From a virus (Duplodnaviria > Caudoviricetes), in the IMG/VR virus record IMGVR_UViG_3300020438_000040, positions 1 to 58,868 of that record: DNA of 58,868 bases. The stretch is one strand, 5' to 3'. The stretch's first letter is position 1, and each line of letters starts with the position of its first letter. Shown piece by piece: positions 16,004 to 24,954 of this stretch. Below the pieces are notes generated by a model. That model had not been told where the DNA came from, made no database searches, and saw nothing but the letters and a program-made list of their open reading frames with translations. Both the position numbers and the translations under genes were made by a program.

Positions 16004-17203
16004 ATGATATTTTATCATAACATAAGGACCTTCCTTTCACAGGAACGTCAATTAATTAAAGTAGACCGTGCTTTCCAACGAAAAAGTTGCTGGACACTTG
16101 CGCAAAAAAGGAGATATATTATTTCCTTCTTAAAAAATAGGACTCCTTACCCAGTTGTCCTTGCGGACATTAGAACAGGTCTTATGCGCTCCAAAGACAT
16201 TCAAAGTTCCGAAGATATCAGAAAGTACGAAGAACTTACTAATGAGGGTAAATCCCGTGTAAGCCTAGACGGGCAGAATCGAATCAAGACTCTTGAAGAA
16301 TTCTACAACAATGCATGGGGAATTACCGGAGATCTTATGGGCGCTGATGGTGTAGTATATCCTGTAAAAGATGTACTATACAAAGATTTACCAACTCGCT
16401 TAAAAGATGCTTTTGATATGCTTCAGGTTAGCGTATATGTTCAGCAGAACTGTTTGTATTCTGAACTACACACTATCTTTGTTGATATTAATGATGGCGA
16501 AGGATTAAATCCTCAAGAAAAGCGTAATGCTATAATGACTTGGTTCTCAGGACACATTAGGAATTTCGCTGAAACACAAAATCATGAAAAGTTGTTATTA
16601 AGAATATCCGGAATGAAAGAGCAGGATATTAAACGATCTACTGATGCCGAGTGGTATACAAAAGCCTATGTATCTTTAGTTCAGCCTGATAAGCATTACT
16701 TAAATAGGTCTGGTCTCGATGCTTTTTACAAACAGGGTGAAGGTCGCCAACAAGCAAGCATTTCAGACTATAGTCGAGACAAGGTTGATCGCTTTGAGAA
16801 AGTGGTTGAGATGGTATACCGTGCTGTCTTTTCAAAAACCGTGATTGGTACTCCCATAAGTCAAAAGCTTTTCTGGGCTTTATTGATTGCCTCGGCTGAT
16901 GTATACGATACTGGTCAAAGAATTACAGATTATTCAATCCTTTTTGATGCTGTAAAACAGGCCGACTGTTCGTTATGTATTGATTCTAACGATGATTTTG
17001 TAAAGGATTTTAAAACTTGGCAGGGGTTACCTAATCCGTGCCCAAAACAAGAGCCAAAAAAATCCCAGTACTATTTCCACTGGGCTAGTGACGTAAACAA
17101 GCCTACAGTGCGGCAAAAAAGAAAATCTGAACTCTTGAGAGAACTTAAAAATATGAATCTATATCACGATTCTTTCAAAGTTCAATCCCAAGCAGCAAAA
17201 TAA
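16004..17203 (+). CDS. DUF262 (GmrS/ParB-Srx-like) domain protein
   Basis: FQRKSCW....YIISF, SLDGQNR, IFVDINDGEGLNPQEKRNA. Confidence 0.8.
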   Translation: MIFYHNIRTFLSQERQLIKVDRAFQRKSCWTLAQKRRYIISFLKNRTPYPVVLADIRTGLMRSKDIQSSEDIRKYEELTNEGKSRVSLDGQNRIKTLEEFYNNAWGITGDLMGADGVVYPVKDVLYKDLPTRLKDAFDMLQVSVYVQQNCLYSELHTIFVDINDGEGLNPQEKRNAIMTWFSGHIRNFAETQNHEKLLLRISGMKEQDIKRSTDAEWYTKAYVSLVQPDKHYLNRSGLDAFYKQGEGRQQASISDYSRDKVDRFEKVVEMVYRAVFSKTVIGTPISQKLFWALLIASADVYDTGQRITDYSILFDAVKQADCSLCIDSNDDFVKDFKTWQGLPNPCPKQEPKKSQYYFHWASDVNKPTVRQKRKSELLRELKNMNLYHDSFKVQSQAAK

Positions 17204-17206
17204 TTT

Positions 17207-17241
17207 TAAACCGCAGGGAGGCACGGGTTTACAGGTGCCTC
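17207..17241 (+). promoter_or_regulatory. Predicted H-type pseudoknot upstream of the recA RBS
   Basis: TAAACC(17207-12)/GGTTTA(17226-31) interleaved with GAGGCAC(17218-24)/GTGCCTC(17235-41). Confidence 0.5.
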
Positions 17242-17263
17242 ATACTAATTTTTGGAGGCCTAA

Positions 17264-18382
17264 TTGGGTAAAGTAATAAAAATGACTACAAAACCGGGAA
17301 AAATTGATATATCTGCGATGAAAAAGTTCGTGAATAAAAAAGTCGGACTTGATGTCGCACACGATCTTCGGAAAGATAACCCAACCGAAGTGAAAGAGTG
17401 GATTCCTACGGGATCTAGATGGCTTGACTCTATTACAGTTAGAGGAAAGTATGGCGGTATTCCCGTCGGCAAGATTACTGAAATAGCGGGTTTGAGTTCC
17501 GCTGGTAAATCTTTTATGGCTGTGCAAATAGCCGCTAATGCTCAAAAGATGGGAATGACAGTTGTCTACTTTGACGCTGAAAGCGCCATCGATCCAAAGT
17601 TCCTCACCGATGCTGGTGTGAATGTAGAGGATCTACTCTATGTCCAAGCAGTATCAGTCGAAAAAACATTGGAAACCATTGAAGATCTTATGGGAGAATA
17701 TCCAGAGACTCAATTTCTTTTCATCTGGGATAGCATTGCTGCTACAACATCTGAGAAAGAATTAGAATCGGACTTCAACCCTCAATCGACAATGGCGGTT
17801 AAGCCTCGCATTTTTGCGAAAGCTTTTCCAAAACTCACAATTCCGCTGGCAAATCAACAGTGTACGCTAATCTTGATTAATCAGTTGAAAACCAACATCA
17901 CCAGTAATGTTGCTGAAGCGATGACGACACCGTTTATTGCACCCGGCGGTAAAGCCATTGGGTACTTTTGTTCTATGCGAGTTTGGCTAACAAAACGCAA
18001 GGCCAAAGCAGCATACGTGACTGATGATACGGGATTGAGAGTGGGCTCGGAGGTGAAGGTCAAGATTGAAAAGTCTAGATTCGGCACCGAAGGACGTACC
18101 TGCGGCTTTAAGATACTTTGGGGTAACAAAGTTGGAATACAAGATGAAGAGTCTTGGCTTGAAGCACTCCGCCTGTCTGGATCATCACGGTTTAGGGTAG
18201 GTGGAGGCTGGTACTACCTTACCGACTCCAAGGGTAAGGAGCATAAGTTCCGATCCTCTCAGTGGATTGAGAAACTCGCTGATAAAAAGTTCCGAACATT
18301 AGTGTTCGAGATAATGGACGAAGAGATCATCAAGAAGTTTGATACTGAAGGAAAGAATTTCGCCATTGAAGACGATAAGTAA
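17264..18382 (+). CDS. recA: RecA/UvsX recombinase
   Basis: WIPTGS..LD, GGIPVGKITEIAGLSSAGKS (Walker A), YFDAESAID, FIWDSIAA, INQLK, PGGKA, KIEKSRF. Confidence 0.95.
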   Translation: MGKVIKMTTKPGKIDISAMKKFVNKKVGLDVAHDLRKDNPTEVKEWIPTGSRWLDSITVRGKYGGIPVGKITEIAGLSSAGKSFMAVQIAANAQKMGMTVVYFDAESAIDPKFLTDAGVNVEDLLYVQAVSVEKTLETIEDLMGEYPETQFLFIWDSIAATTSEKELESDFNPQSTMAVKPRIFAKAFPKLTIPLANQQCTLILINQLKTNITSNVAEAMTTPFIAPGGKAIGYFCSMRVWLTKRKAKAAYVTDDTGLRVGSEVKVKIEKSRFGTEGRTCGFKILWGNKVGIQDEESWLEALRLSGSSRFRVGGGWYYLTDSKGKEHKFRSSQWIEKLADKKFRTLVFEIMDEEIIKKFDTEGKNFAIEDDK

Positions 18383-18410
18383 ATATATCTTGTCGTTTGT
18401 TTTCTCCTAT

Positions 18411-18445
18411 AGCCCTTCCTTGTTTTTGCAGGGAAGGGTTTTTTT
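18411..18445 (+). terminator. Rho-independent terminator after recA
   Basis: AGCCCTTCCTTG/CAGGGAAGGGTT stem followed by a T tract. Confidence 0.8.
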
Positions 18446-18456
18446 ATTATAAAAAC

Positions 18457-18485
18457 TTGACAGGAGATACAAGACACGTTATATT
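18457..18485 (+). promoter_or_regulatory. Sigma70-type early promoter
   Basis: TTGACA-N17-TATATT. Confidence 0.85.
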
Positions 18486-18508
18486 ATTAATATAATACAG
18501 AGGACAAT

Positions 18509-18664
18509 ATGAAAAAGATTTTAATTAAACACAATGATGTTCAATTTGTTGGATATCTATTGGAGGACAAACCAACAAAATTTAGAGCAATGAATGAAAG
18601 CAAAAAGGTTGAGTTTCACTATCCAAAAGTTAGTTATTCATACGAGATAATGGGGGACAAATGA
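18509..18664 (+). CDS. 51-aa hypothetical protein (MKKILIKHNDVQFVGYLLED...)
   Basis: GAGGAC RBS right after the promoter; stop overlaps the next ATG (ATGA). Not in the ORF track. Confidence 0.65.
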   Translation: MKKILIKHNDVQFVGYLLEDKPTKFRAMNESKKVEFHYPKVSYSYEIMGDK

Positions 18665-19614
18665 AAAATAAAGTATTATTTATTGATGGATTAAATATGT
18701 TCATCAGAAGCTATATCGTCAACCCAACCCTAAACAGGGACGGTAACCCCATTGGAGGGTGTATAGGGTTCTTAAAATCCCTTCAGAAGGTGTGTAAGAA
18801 ATTTAGACCGGATGAAGTGGTAATAGTGTGGGATGGCCATGAAGGGTCACAACGTAAAAGGGCTTTGAATAAAAACTACAAAGAAGGTCGAGGTCCGATC
18901 AGGTTTAACCGCAGACTAATTGAGTTACCACCAGAAAAACAAACAGAGAACAAAGCCTATCAACTAATCAGGCTTATGGAGTACGTAAATGAATTACCAA
19001 TCATCCAAATCGTTATCGACTTTGTTGAAGCCGATGATGTTATCGCTTATGGAGCACGGCACCCTTTTTACTCAGGGTGGGATAAAGTCATTATTTCTTC
19101 CGATAAAGACTTTTTTCAACTCTGTGACGACTACGTATCTATTTATAGACCCATCCAAGATAAAATTGTTACAAAACAAAGTATTCTTGACGAGTTTAAG
19201 ATACACCCCAATAATTTTGCCCTTGCTCGTGCAATTGCTGGAGACTCAAGTGATAACTTACCGGGAGTGTCTGGTGTTGGGCTTAAGACAATTGCTAAAA
19301 GGTTCCCATTCTTACTTAATGAACAAGAATCTAATTGTCAAGAGGTTGTTACAAACTGTGCAATGCAAGGAAAAAGGCTTAAATTACATGAAAACATTAT
19401 CAAGTCTGCTGACTTAATAAAAAATAATTATAGGATTATGCAGTTGTACAATCCGAACATCAGACCACTAAATCGTGATATCATAGATAACGCGATAATC
19501 AGGTTTGAACCTGAATTCTCAAAGATAAATTTTACGAAAATGTTATTCACAGATGACGTTTCCTATCTGAATTTTGAGGAACTAAATATTATATTGAAGA
19601 AGATAAAAAGATAA
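18661..19614 (+). CDS. 5'-3' exonuclease / flap endonuclease (PolA N-terminal or T4 RNase H-like)
   Basis: LFIDGLN, VWDG, YKEGR, VEADDVIA, SSDKDFFQL, AIAGDSSDNLPGVSGVGLKT. Confidence 0.93.
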   Translation: MKNKVLFIDGLNMFIRSYIVNPTLNRDGNPIGGCIGFLKSLQKVCKKFRPDEVVIVWDGHEGSQRKRALNKNYKEGRGPIRFNRRLIELPPEKQTENKAYQLIRLMEYVNELPIIQIVIDFVEADDVIAYGARHPFYSGWDKVIISSDKDFFQLCDDYVSIYRPIQDKIVTKQSILDEFKIHPNNFALARAIAGDSSDNLPGVSGVGLKTIAKRFPFLLNEQESNCQEVVTNCAMQGKRLKLHENIIKSADLIKNNYRIMQLYNPNIRPLNRDIIDNAIIRFEPEFSKINFTKMLFTDDVSYLNFEELNIILKKIKR

Positions 19615-19633
19615 AAAAATAACAGGAGGACAA

Positions 19634-20992
19634 ATGACTATTAATAACGATCAAGAAACGTTTTCACGTTTTGGAAAAAAATTCCAAGAAAATATGTGCC
19701 AACTCATGCTCGAGGACAGGCCATTCTATGACCAAATTTCAGAAGTATTGGATATTAACTTCTTTGAAAAAAAATATCTGCAAATATTTATAGAAACACT
19801 GATGAAGCATAGGGAAAAATACTCTACTCATCCAAACTTCGAGGTAATGATGACCCTATTGAGGACTGAACTCAATCATCACGATAAAGCAACCGCAAAA
19901 CAAGTAAGGGATTTTTTCGCAAGAATAAAATCATCTGATGGTATAGAGGAAGCTATGTGGATCAAAGACAAAGCTGTTGATTTCTGTCGAAAGCAAGTGC
20001 TTAAGGGCGCTATGATGAAATCAGTTAAACTTCTCAAGTCATCGTCATTTGATGAGATTGAAAAGGTAATCCAAGATGCATTGAAACTAGGAACGGATAA
20101 CAATTTTGGCCATGAGTACCATAAGGATGCTTTGGCTCGTTTTGAAATCATAAATCGTAACCCAGTCTCAACAGGTTGGCCTAGAATGGATGAGATTGTA
20201 AAAGGAGGGCTTGGTAAGAGCGAATTAGGTGTTGTTATAGCTCCAACAGGTGCCGGTAAATCAATGATAATGGTTCACTTGGCCGCAGAGGCCTTAAAGC
20301 AAGGAAAGACTGTCGTATACTATACTTTGGAGCTTAAAGACACCGTTGTCGGAGGTCGATTTGATTCTTGCTTGACTGGTATCCCACTGAATGAAATGAG
20401 AGATCGAAAAGAGGAAATCCTAACTAAGATTGAAGGTGTAGATGGGTCCTTAATTATTAAAGAATACCCAACTAAATCAGCATCAGTCCAGACTATCAAG
20501 AATCATATTGAAAAACTCAAGAAAAGAGGAATAGAGCCAGACATGATACTAGTCGATTATGCAGATTTACTTAGACCAGTCCGCACAACCGGCGAAAAGA
20601 GACATGAACTTGAAGAAACATATGAAAACCTAAGAGCTTTGGCTCAAATTTATGAAATGCCTGTCTGGACAGCATCACAAACTAATCGCGGTGGCCTTAA
20701 TGCCGAAGTGATAACAATGGAGGCCATCTCTGAAGCCTTTAATAAGTGTTTTGTTGCGGATTTTATTTTTTCTCTGTCCAGAACAGTGCAGGACAAGCAG
20801 GCTAATAAAGGTAGGATATTTATTGCAAAAAATAGAAATGGACCTGACGGAATGGTGTTTCAAACATTTGTGGATTGGTCTGATGTAACAATTAAAATAC
20901 TAGACAGGGATGAGAATGTTGATGTAATGCAATCAACAGCAGAAGCACTTACGCTTCTTAAAAAGAAATATCAAGAAATACAAGCAAAATAG
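19634..20992 (+). CDS. Replicative DNA helicase (DnaB/gp41-like)
   Basis: STGW..MD....GGL, APTGAGKS, YYTLEL, IIKEYPT, LVDYADLL, WTASQTNR, AKNRNGPDG. Confidence 0.93.
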   Translation: MTINNDQETFSRFGKKFQENMCQLMLEDRPFYDQISEVLDINFFEKKYLQIFIETLMKHREKYSTHPNFEVMMTLLRTELNHHDKATAKQVRDFFARIKSSDGIEEAMWIKDKAVDFCRKQVLKGAMMKSVKLLKSSSFDEIEKVIQDALKLGTDNNFGHEYHKDALARFEIINRNPVSTGWPRMDEIVKGGLGKSELGVVIAPTGAGKSMIMVHLAAEALKQGKTVVYYTLELKDTVVGGRFDSCLTGIPLNEMRDRKEEILTKIEGVDGSLIIKEYPTKSASVQTIKNHIEKLKKRGIEPDMILVDYADLLRPVRTTGEKRHELEETYENLRALAQIYEMPVWTASQTNRGGLNAEVITMEAISEAFNKCFVADFIFSLSRTVQDKQANKGRIFIAKNRNGPDGMVFQTFVDWSDVTIKILDRDENVDVMQSTAEALTLLKKKYQEIQAK

Positions 20993-21002
20993 GAGAACAG
21001 GA

Positions 21003-22856
21003 ATGGATTTAGAGAAAAAAATATTATCTGATATTACTGTGCATATGAAATATGCGAGGTACCTAGATGATTATAATAGAAGAGAGAATTGGGAAGAGCT
21101 CGTGACTCGGAATATGAAGATGCATATGAAGAAATTCCCAAAATTAAAGAAAGAAATCGTCTCGGCATACAGATATGTTTATGATAAGAAGGTTCTTCCC
21201 TCGATGCGATCCATGCAGTTCGGTGGCAAACCAATCGAGGTGTCTCCTAATCGTATTTTTAATTGCGCTTTTTGCCCAATAGATGATTATCGTGTGTTCG
21301 GCGAGGTCATGTTCCTTCTTCTTGGAGGAACAGGAGTTGGATTTTCTGTTCAAAAGCATCATGTAGAAAAACTCCCAGAGATCAGAAAGCCCTCCTCAAG
21401 GAGTCGTAGGTTTCTTATTGGTGACTCGATTGAAGGATGGTCCGATGCTATTAAGGCGCTTGTTGCTTCTTATTTTAAAGGGACATCTAGGTTACGTTTT
21501 GACTTCTCAGATATCCGTCCGAAAGGAGCAAGACTAGTTACATCAGGTGGAAAGGCCCCCGGCCCACAGCCACTAAAAGAATGTATTGTAAAAGTAGAAG
21601 GAATATTAGATGCGAAAGAAACTGGTGACCAACTTACTCCCATTGAGGTTCATGATATCATCTGTCATATTGCGGACGCAGTTCTGGCTGGAGGCATTAG
21701 GAGGGCTGCTCTCATATCCCTTTTTTCTGCTGATGACGAAGAAATGCTCGCAGCAAAAGCAGGAAGCTGGTGGGAGCTCAACCCCCAACGCGGCAGAGCT
21801 AACAATTCTGTTGTCATTATGCGGCATCGTATTGACCGGAGCACTTTTATGTCTATATGGGATAGAGTACGTGAATCAGGTAGCGGAGAGCCGGGATTCT
21901 ACTTCTCAAATGACAAAGACTGGGGAACCAATCCCTGTTGTGAAATAGGTCTTCGACCAAATCAATTTTGTAATCTTACGGAGGTAAACGTAAGTGATGT
22001 TTATGACCAAACTGAGCTTGAAAATCGTGTTCGTGCTGCTACTTTTATCGGCACACTTCAAGCTGCATATACTGACTTTCATTATCTTCGACCTATTTGG
22101 AAGCGTAATACGGAGAAAGATGCGCTTATAGGAGTATCAATGACCGGTATTGCTAGCGGTAATGTTTTAGAACTAGATATGACGGCAGCATCATTGGTTG
22201 TTAAGAAAGAAAACAGAAGAATCGCAATGCAAGCTGGAATAAAACCTGCAGCTCGGACAACTTGTGTAAAACCAGCAGGAACAACCTCTTTGACTCTAGG
22301 TACCTCAAGCGGGATTCATGCTTGGCACAACGATTATTATATACGTAGAATTCGTGTGGGGAAAAACGAGGCGATATATGATTATTTGGTAAACAATATC
22401 CCAGAGTTAATTGAGGACGACAAATTCCGTCCACATGATACAGCAATAATAAGTATACCCCAGAAGGCACCTAAAGGGGCCATAACACGTCACGAGAGCG
22501 CTTTGGATATGCTTCGAAGGGTAAAGTCCGTTAGCGACACTTGGATCAAAGGAGGGCACACTAAGGGCCAAAACACACACAATGTTTCTGCGACGATAAC
22601 AATAAAACCAAATGAATGGAAATCGGTTGGAGAGTGGATGTGGTTAAATAGAAAGTGCTACAATGGTTTATCAGTTTTACCCTTCTCAGATCACACGTAT
22701 GTCCAAGCTCCATTTGAAGATTGTACTGAGGAAGAATACAATTCTTTGTCTCAATTGATGAAAAGAATAGATTTGGATCTAATTACAGAAGAACAAGATG
22801 AGACAAACTTGTCTGGAGAACTAGCATGTGCCGCTGGATCTTGTGAAATTTTTTAG
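21003..22856 (+). CDS. nrdJ: Class II (adenosylcobalamin-dependent) ribonucleotide reductase
   Basis: VLPSMR, FNCAF, GGTGVGFSV, GGIRRAA, GSGEPG, TNPCCEI, FCNLTE, VKPAGTTS, C-terminal ACAAGSCEI. Confidence 0.93.
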   Translation: MDLEKKILSDITVHMKYARYLDDYNRRENWEELVTRNMKMHMKKFPKLKKEIVSAYRYVYDKKVLPSMRSMQFGGKPIEVSPNRIFNCAFCPIDDYRVFGEVMFLLLGGTGVGFSVQKHHVEKLPEIRKPSSRSRRFLIGDSIEGWSDAIKALVASYFKGTSRLRFDFSDIRPKGARLVTSGGKAPGPQPLKECIVKVEGILDAKETGDQLTPIEVHDIICHIADAVLAGGIRRAALISLFSADDEEMLAAKAGSWWELNPQRGRANNSVVIMRHRIDRSTFMSIWDRVRESGSGEPGFYFSNDKDWGTNPCCEIGLRPNQFCNLTEVNVSDVYDQTELENRVRAATFIGTLQAAYTDFHYLRPIWKRNTEKDALIGVSMTGIASGNVLELDMTAASLVVKKENRRIAMQAGIKPAARTTCVKPAGTTSLTLGTSSGIHAWHNDYYIRRIRVGKNEAIYDYLVNNIPELIEDDKFRPHDTAIISIPQKAPKGAITRHESALDMLRRVKSVSDTWIKGGHTKGQNTHNVSATITIKPNEWKSVGEWMWLNRKCYNGLSVLPFSDHTYVQAPFEDCTEEEYNSLSQLMKRIDLDLITEEQDETNLSGELACAAGSCEIF

Positions 22857-22865
22857 GAGAAACAA

Positions 22866-23054
22866 ATGAGAGAACGACTCGAATTAATCATTGAGGAGCT
22901 TAGAACTGCAATGGCCGATGTTGATAAGGTTGAGGCTGGGACCTATGGATACAAAGCCGCCGCTCCTCGAGCAAGAAAGGCAGCCCTTTCTGCGATCAAG
23001 GAATTGAAGGAACTGAGATCTGAAATTCAAGAAAAGAAAAATTCTCACAATTAA
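22866..23054 (+). CDS. Histone H1-like (Hc1-type) small basic nucleoid protein
   Basis: D..K...G.KAAAPRARKA..... KELKELR matches the bacterial Hc1-like pattern GNKAAG.RARK. Confidence 0.65.
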   Translation: MRERLELIIEELRTAMADVDKVEAGTYGYKAAAPRARKAALSAIKELKELRSEIQEKKNSHN

Positions 23055-23057
23055 TAC

Positions 23058-23086
23058 TTGACAAATACCTTTTAATATGTTATAAT
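23058..23086 (+). promoter_or_regulatory. Sigma70-type promoter (perfect consensus)
   Basis: TTGACA-N17-TATAAT. Confidence 0.85.
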
Positions 23087-23131
23087 ATGTAATATACTAA
23101 AGGGTATTTTTTTATATTAATTATTGGAGGA

Positions 23132-23407
23132 ATGATGTACCTTGAGCCACTTAATAGACACCTTCTCGTGCTCCCAAGCTTCGAGAAACAAGAGGAAACA
23201 AAGATAGTTCTCCCCGAGAGCTACAAGAAACCAGAATCACCATACATTATTTGTGATGTCCTCGGAATATCATCGGATTGTAAGATTGAGGTAGATATAG
23301 GCAACAGAATAGTCGTCGAAAGAAGTATGATACAAGAGTTAAAAGCAGCCGGGGAAACTAATTATCTAGTGTTAGAAAACTATGTGTATGGGAGACTAGA
23401 AAAATGA
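23132..23407 (+). CDS. groES: GroES/Cpn10-like co-chaperonin
   Basis: LEPLNRHLLV, IVLPES..KP, V.IGNRIV, YLVLENYVYG. Confidence 0.75.
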   Translation: MMYLEPLNRHLLVLPSFEKQEETKIVLPESYKKPESPYIICDVLGISSDCKIEVDIGNRIVVERSMIQELKAAGETNYLVLENYVYGRLEK

Positions 23408-24009
23408 AGAAAGAACAATTAAAAGAAATGATCAAGCAGGTCATACTTGAGAACAGGAATAAAACTGTCCTTCTTGAGACACCTACTATAAGTGAGGATA
23501 AGGAGCCCAAATATGACAAACTTATGGGTATCCTACAAGGAGACTCAGATATTAGAACTGTCGGAATCATGTCAGGACAGAACCCCATGGCGACAGCACC
23601 AGATCCGCGACTTAACGTACTACTGGATAGAAAGTTAAAAATAAGACTAAATGAGCTAGGCTTGAAATCAATGGCGATAGGTGGCATATTCAGTGGTCTC
23701 ACAGAGAAATCTAGAGTTATCCTAAATGTATCAGAAGATCAAATGGATCAATTGAATCGTGAATTCAAACAATGGGGTTTTGTGTTCGGTAGAAGAATTG
23801 CAATTAAGGAAGGTGAAAATTTTATGGCCTTCACAATGTATGAGGTCGATTACGATAACGACATGGGATATCGAAAGGATCCGGACTCTAAAGAAACTGG
23901 ATTTGTTATCAAAGACAGGGATCTCAAAGGTGTTGATGATAATGTATCTTATGATCCAACCTCCGGAAAGAAATTCGGCTTAGAACTCTACGAAGAAGGT
24001 GAAGAATGA
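23404..24009 (+). CDS. Hypothetical protein, DUF3293/SAM-lyase-like core with an N-terminal LKEMIKQVILE peptide
   Basis: GIMSGQNP...N......L...L....G.F...EKS......L...F.Q pattern. CTAATTA motif at 23358. Confidence 0.45.
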   Translation: MKKEQLKEMIKQVILENRNKTVLLETPTISEDKEPKYDKLMGILQGDSDIRTVGIMSGQNPMATAPDPRLNVLLDRKLKIRLNELGLKSMAIGGIFSGLTEKSRVILNVSEDQMDQLNREFKQWGFVFGRRIAIKEGENFMAFTMYEVDYDNDMGYRKDPDSKETGFVIKDRDLKGVDDNVSYDPTSGKKFGLELYEEGEE

Positions 24010-24716
24010 AATATGAGAGGACAATCTCTCTCTATTCAGATGATATAGGTAAAGTGCAATATATTGACCACATGGGCTCTGACCTCACAATTGTGAACAG
24101 TGCCCGTGTTTCATTTGGAGTGGAGAAACAAGAATTAGATGCTCGAGATAAAAAATTAGTTAACTATCTTGTTAAACACAAACACACTAGTACTTTTGAG
24201 CATAACGTGGTTACCTTCAAGTTTATTGTCCCTTTATTTGTACGCTCTCAGCACATGAGACACCGTACTTGGAGTTACAATGAGATCTCAAGAAGATACA
24301 CAGACAAAGATTTATCGTTTTACTGTCCAGAAACATTTAGGACACAACATAAATCAAATAGACAATCGTCTAATCATGATGAAATAGATCCGGTTGTAAT
24401 GCCGGACCCAGCATATCCCGGATTTAAGCTATGCGCGTCTAATGCTTTAAAGATCCACCACAATAATTGTTTAAATTTGTTTAATTCTTTGTTAGACCAA
24501 GGAGTGAGCAGAGAACAAGCAAGAATGACTCTACCTCAATCCATGTATACTGAGTATTATGGCACCGTAAATCTCAATAATTTATTGAAATTTATAGGAC
24601 TCAGAACCCACGCAGGCGCACAAAAAGAAATACAGGATGTAGCAAACGCTTGCTTGGATATAACTAAAGATCTCTGGCCGGAGGCTGTTAATGCATTCAT
24701 ATCAGCGCGTATTTAA
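24006..24716 (+). CDS. thyX: Flavin-dependent thymidylate synthase
   Basis: IVNSARVSF, HTSTFEH, RSQHMRHRTWSYNEISRRY, EQARMTLP, AQKEI. Confidence 0.96.
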   Translation: MKYERTISLYSDDIGKVQYIDHMGSDLTIVNSARVSFGVEKQELDARDKKLVNYLVKHKHTSTFEHNVVTFKFIVPLFVRSQHMRHRTWSYNEISRRYTDKDLSFYCPETFRTQHKSNRQSSNHDEIDPVVMPDPAYPGFKLCASNALKIHHNNCLNLFNSLLDQGVSREQARMTLPQSMYTEYYGTVNLNNLLKFIGLRTHAGAQKEIQDVANACLDITKDLWPEAVNAFISARI

Positions 24717-24954
24717 GAGAGGAGACTTAGTTCAGTTTAATCAATTTGGAGAGGACTTGTTCAATTATCTTGGAGCCTCCGTTGGTCTAATATCATCAGA
24801 ACCAACGGTAATTTATGAATATGAGTTTGATGAAAAGATTGAATACATTGTATACGACTTAATAGTTGACGGACAACTATTTAAGCATATACCAGAAGAA
24901 TTTTTAGACAGGATTGCCCGAACCGATGAAGAAATTACTGAAGAATTGGAATAA
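24691..24954 (+). CDS. Small hypothetical protein (GDLV family)
   Basis: FKRGDLVQF...VGLI...YDLIV. Confidence 0.55.
   Translation: MHSYQRVFKRGDLVQFNQFGEDLFNYLGASVGLISSEPTVIYEYEFDEKIEYIVYDLIVDGQLFKHIPEEFLDRIARTDEEITEELE

Noticed and set aside
17205-17241. TTTAAAC slippery heptamer followed by a hairpin, resembling a -1 frameshift signal
   Set aside because: It lies just after the DUF262 stop codon (17201-17203) and no translated frame appears to enter it. Kept only as a pseudoknot candidate.
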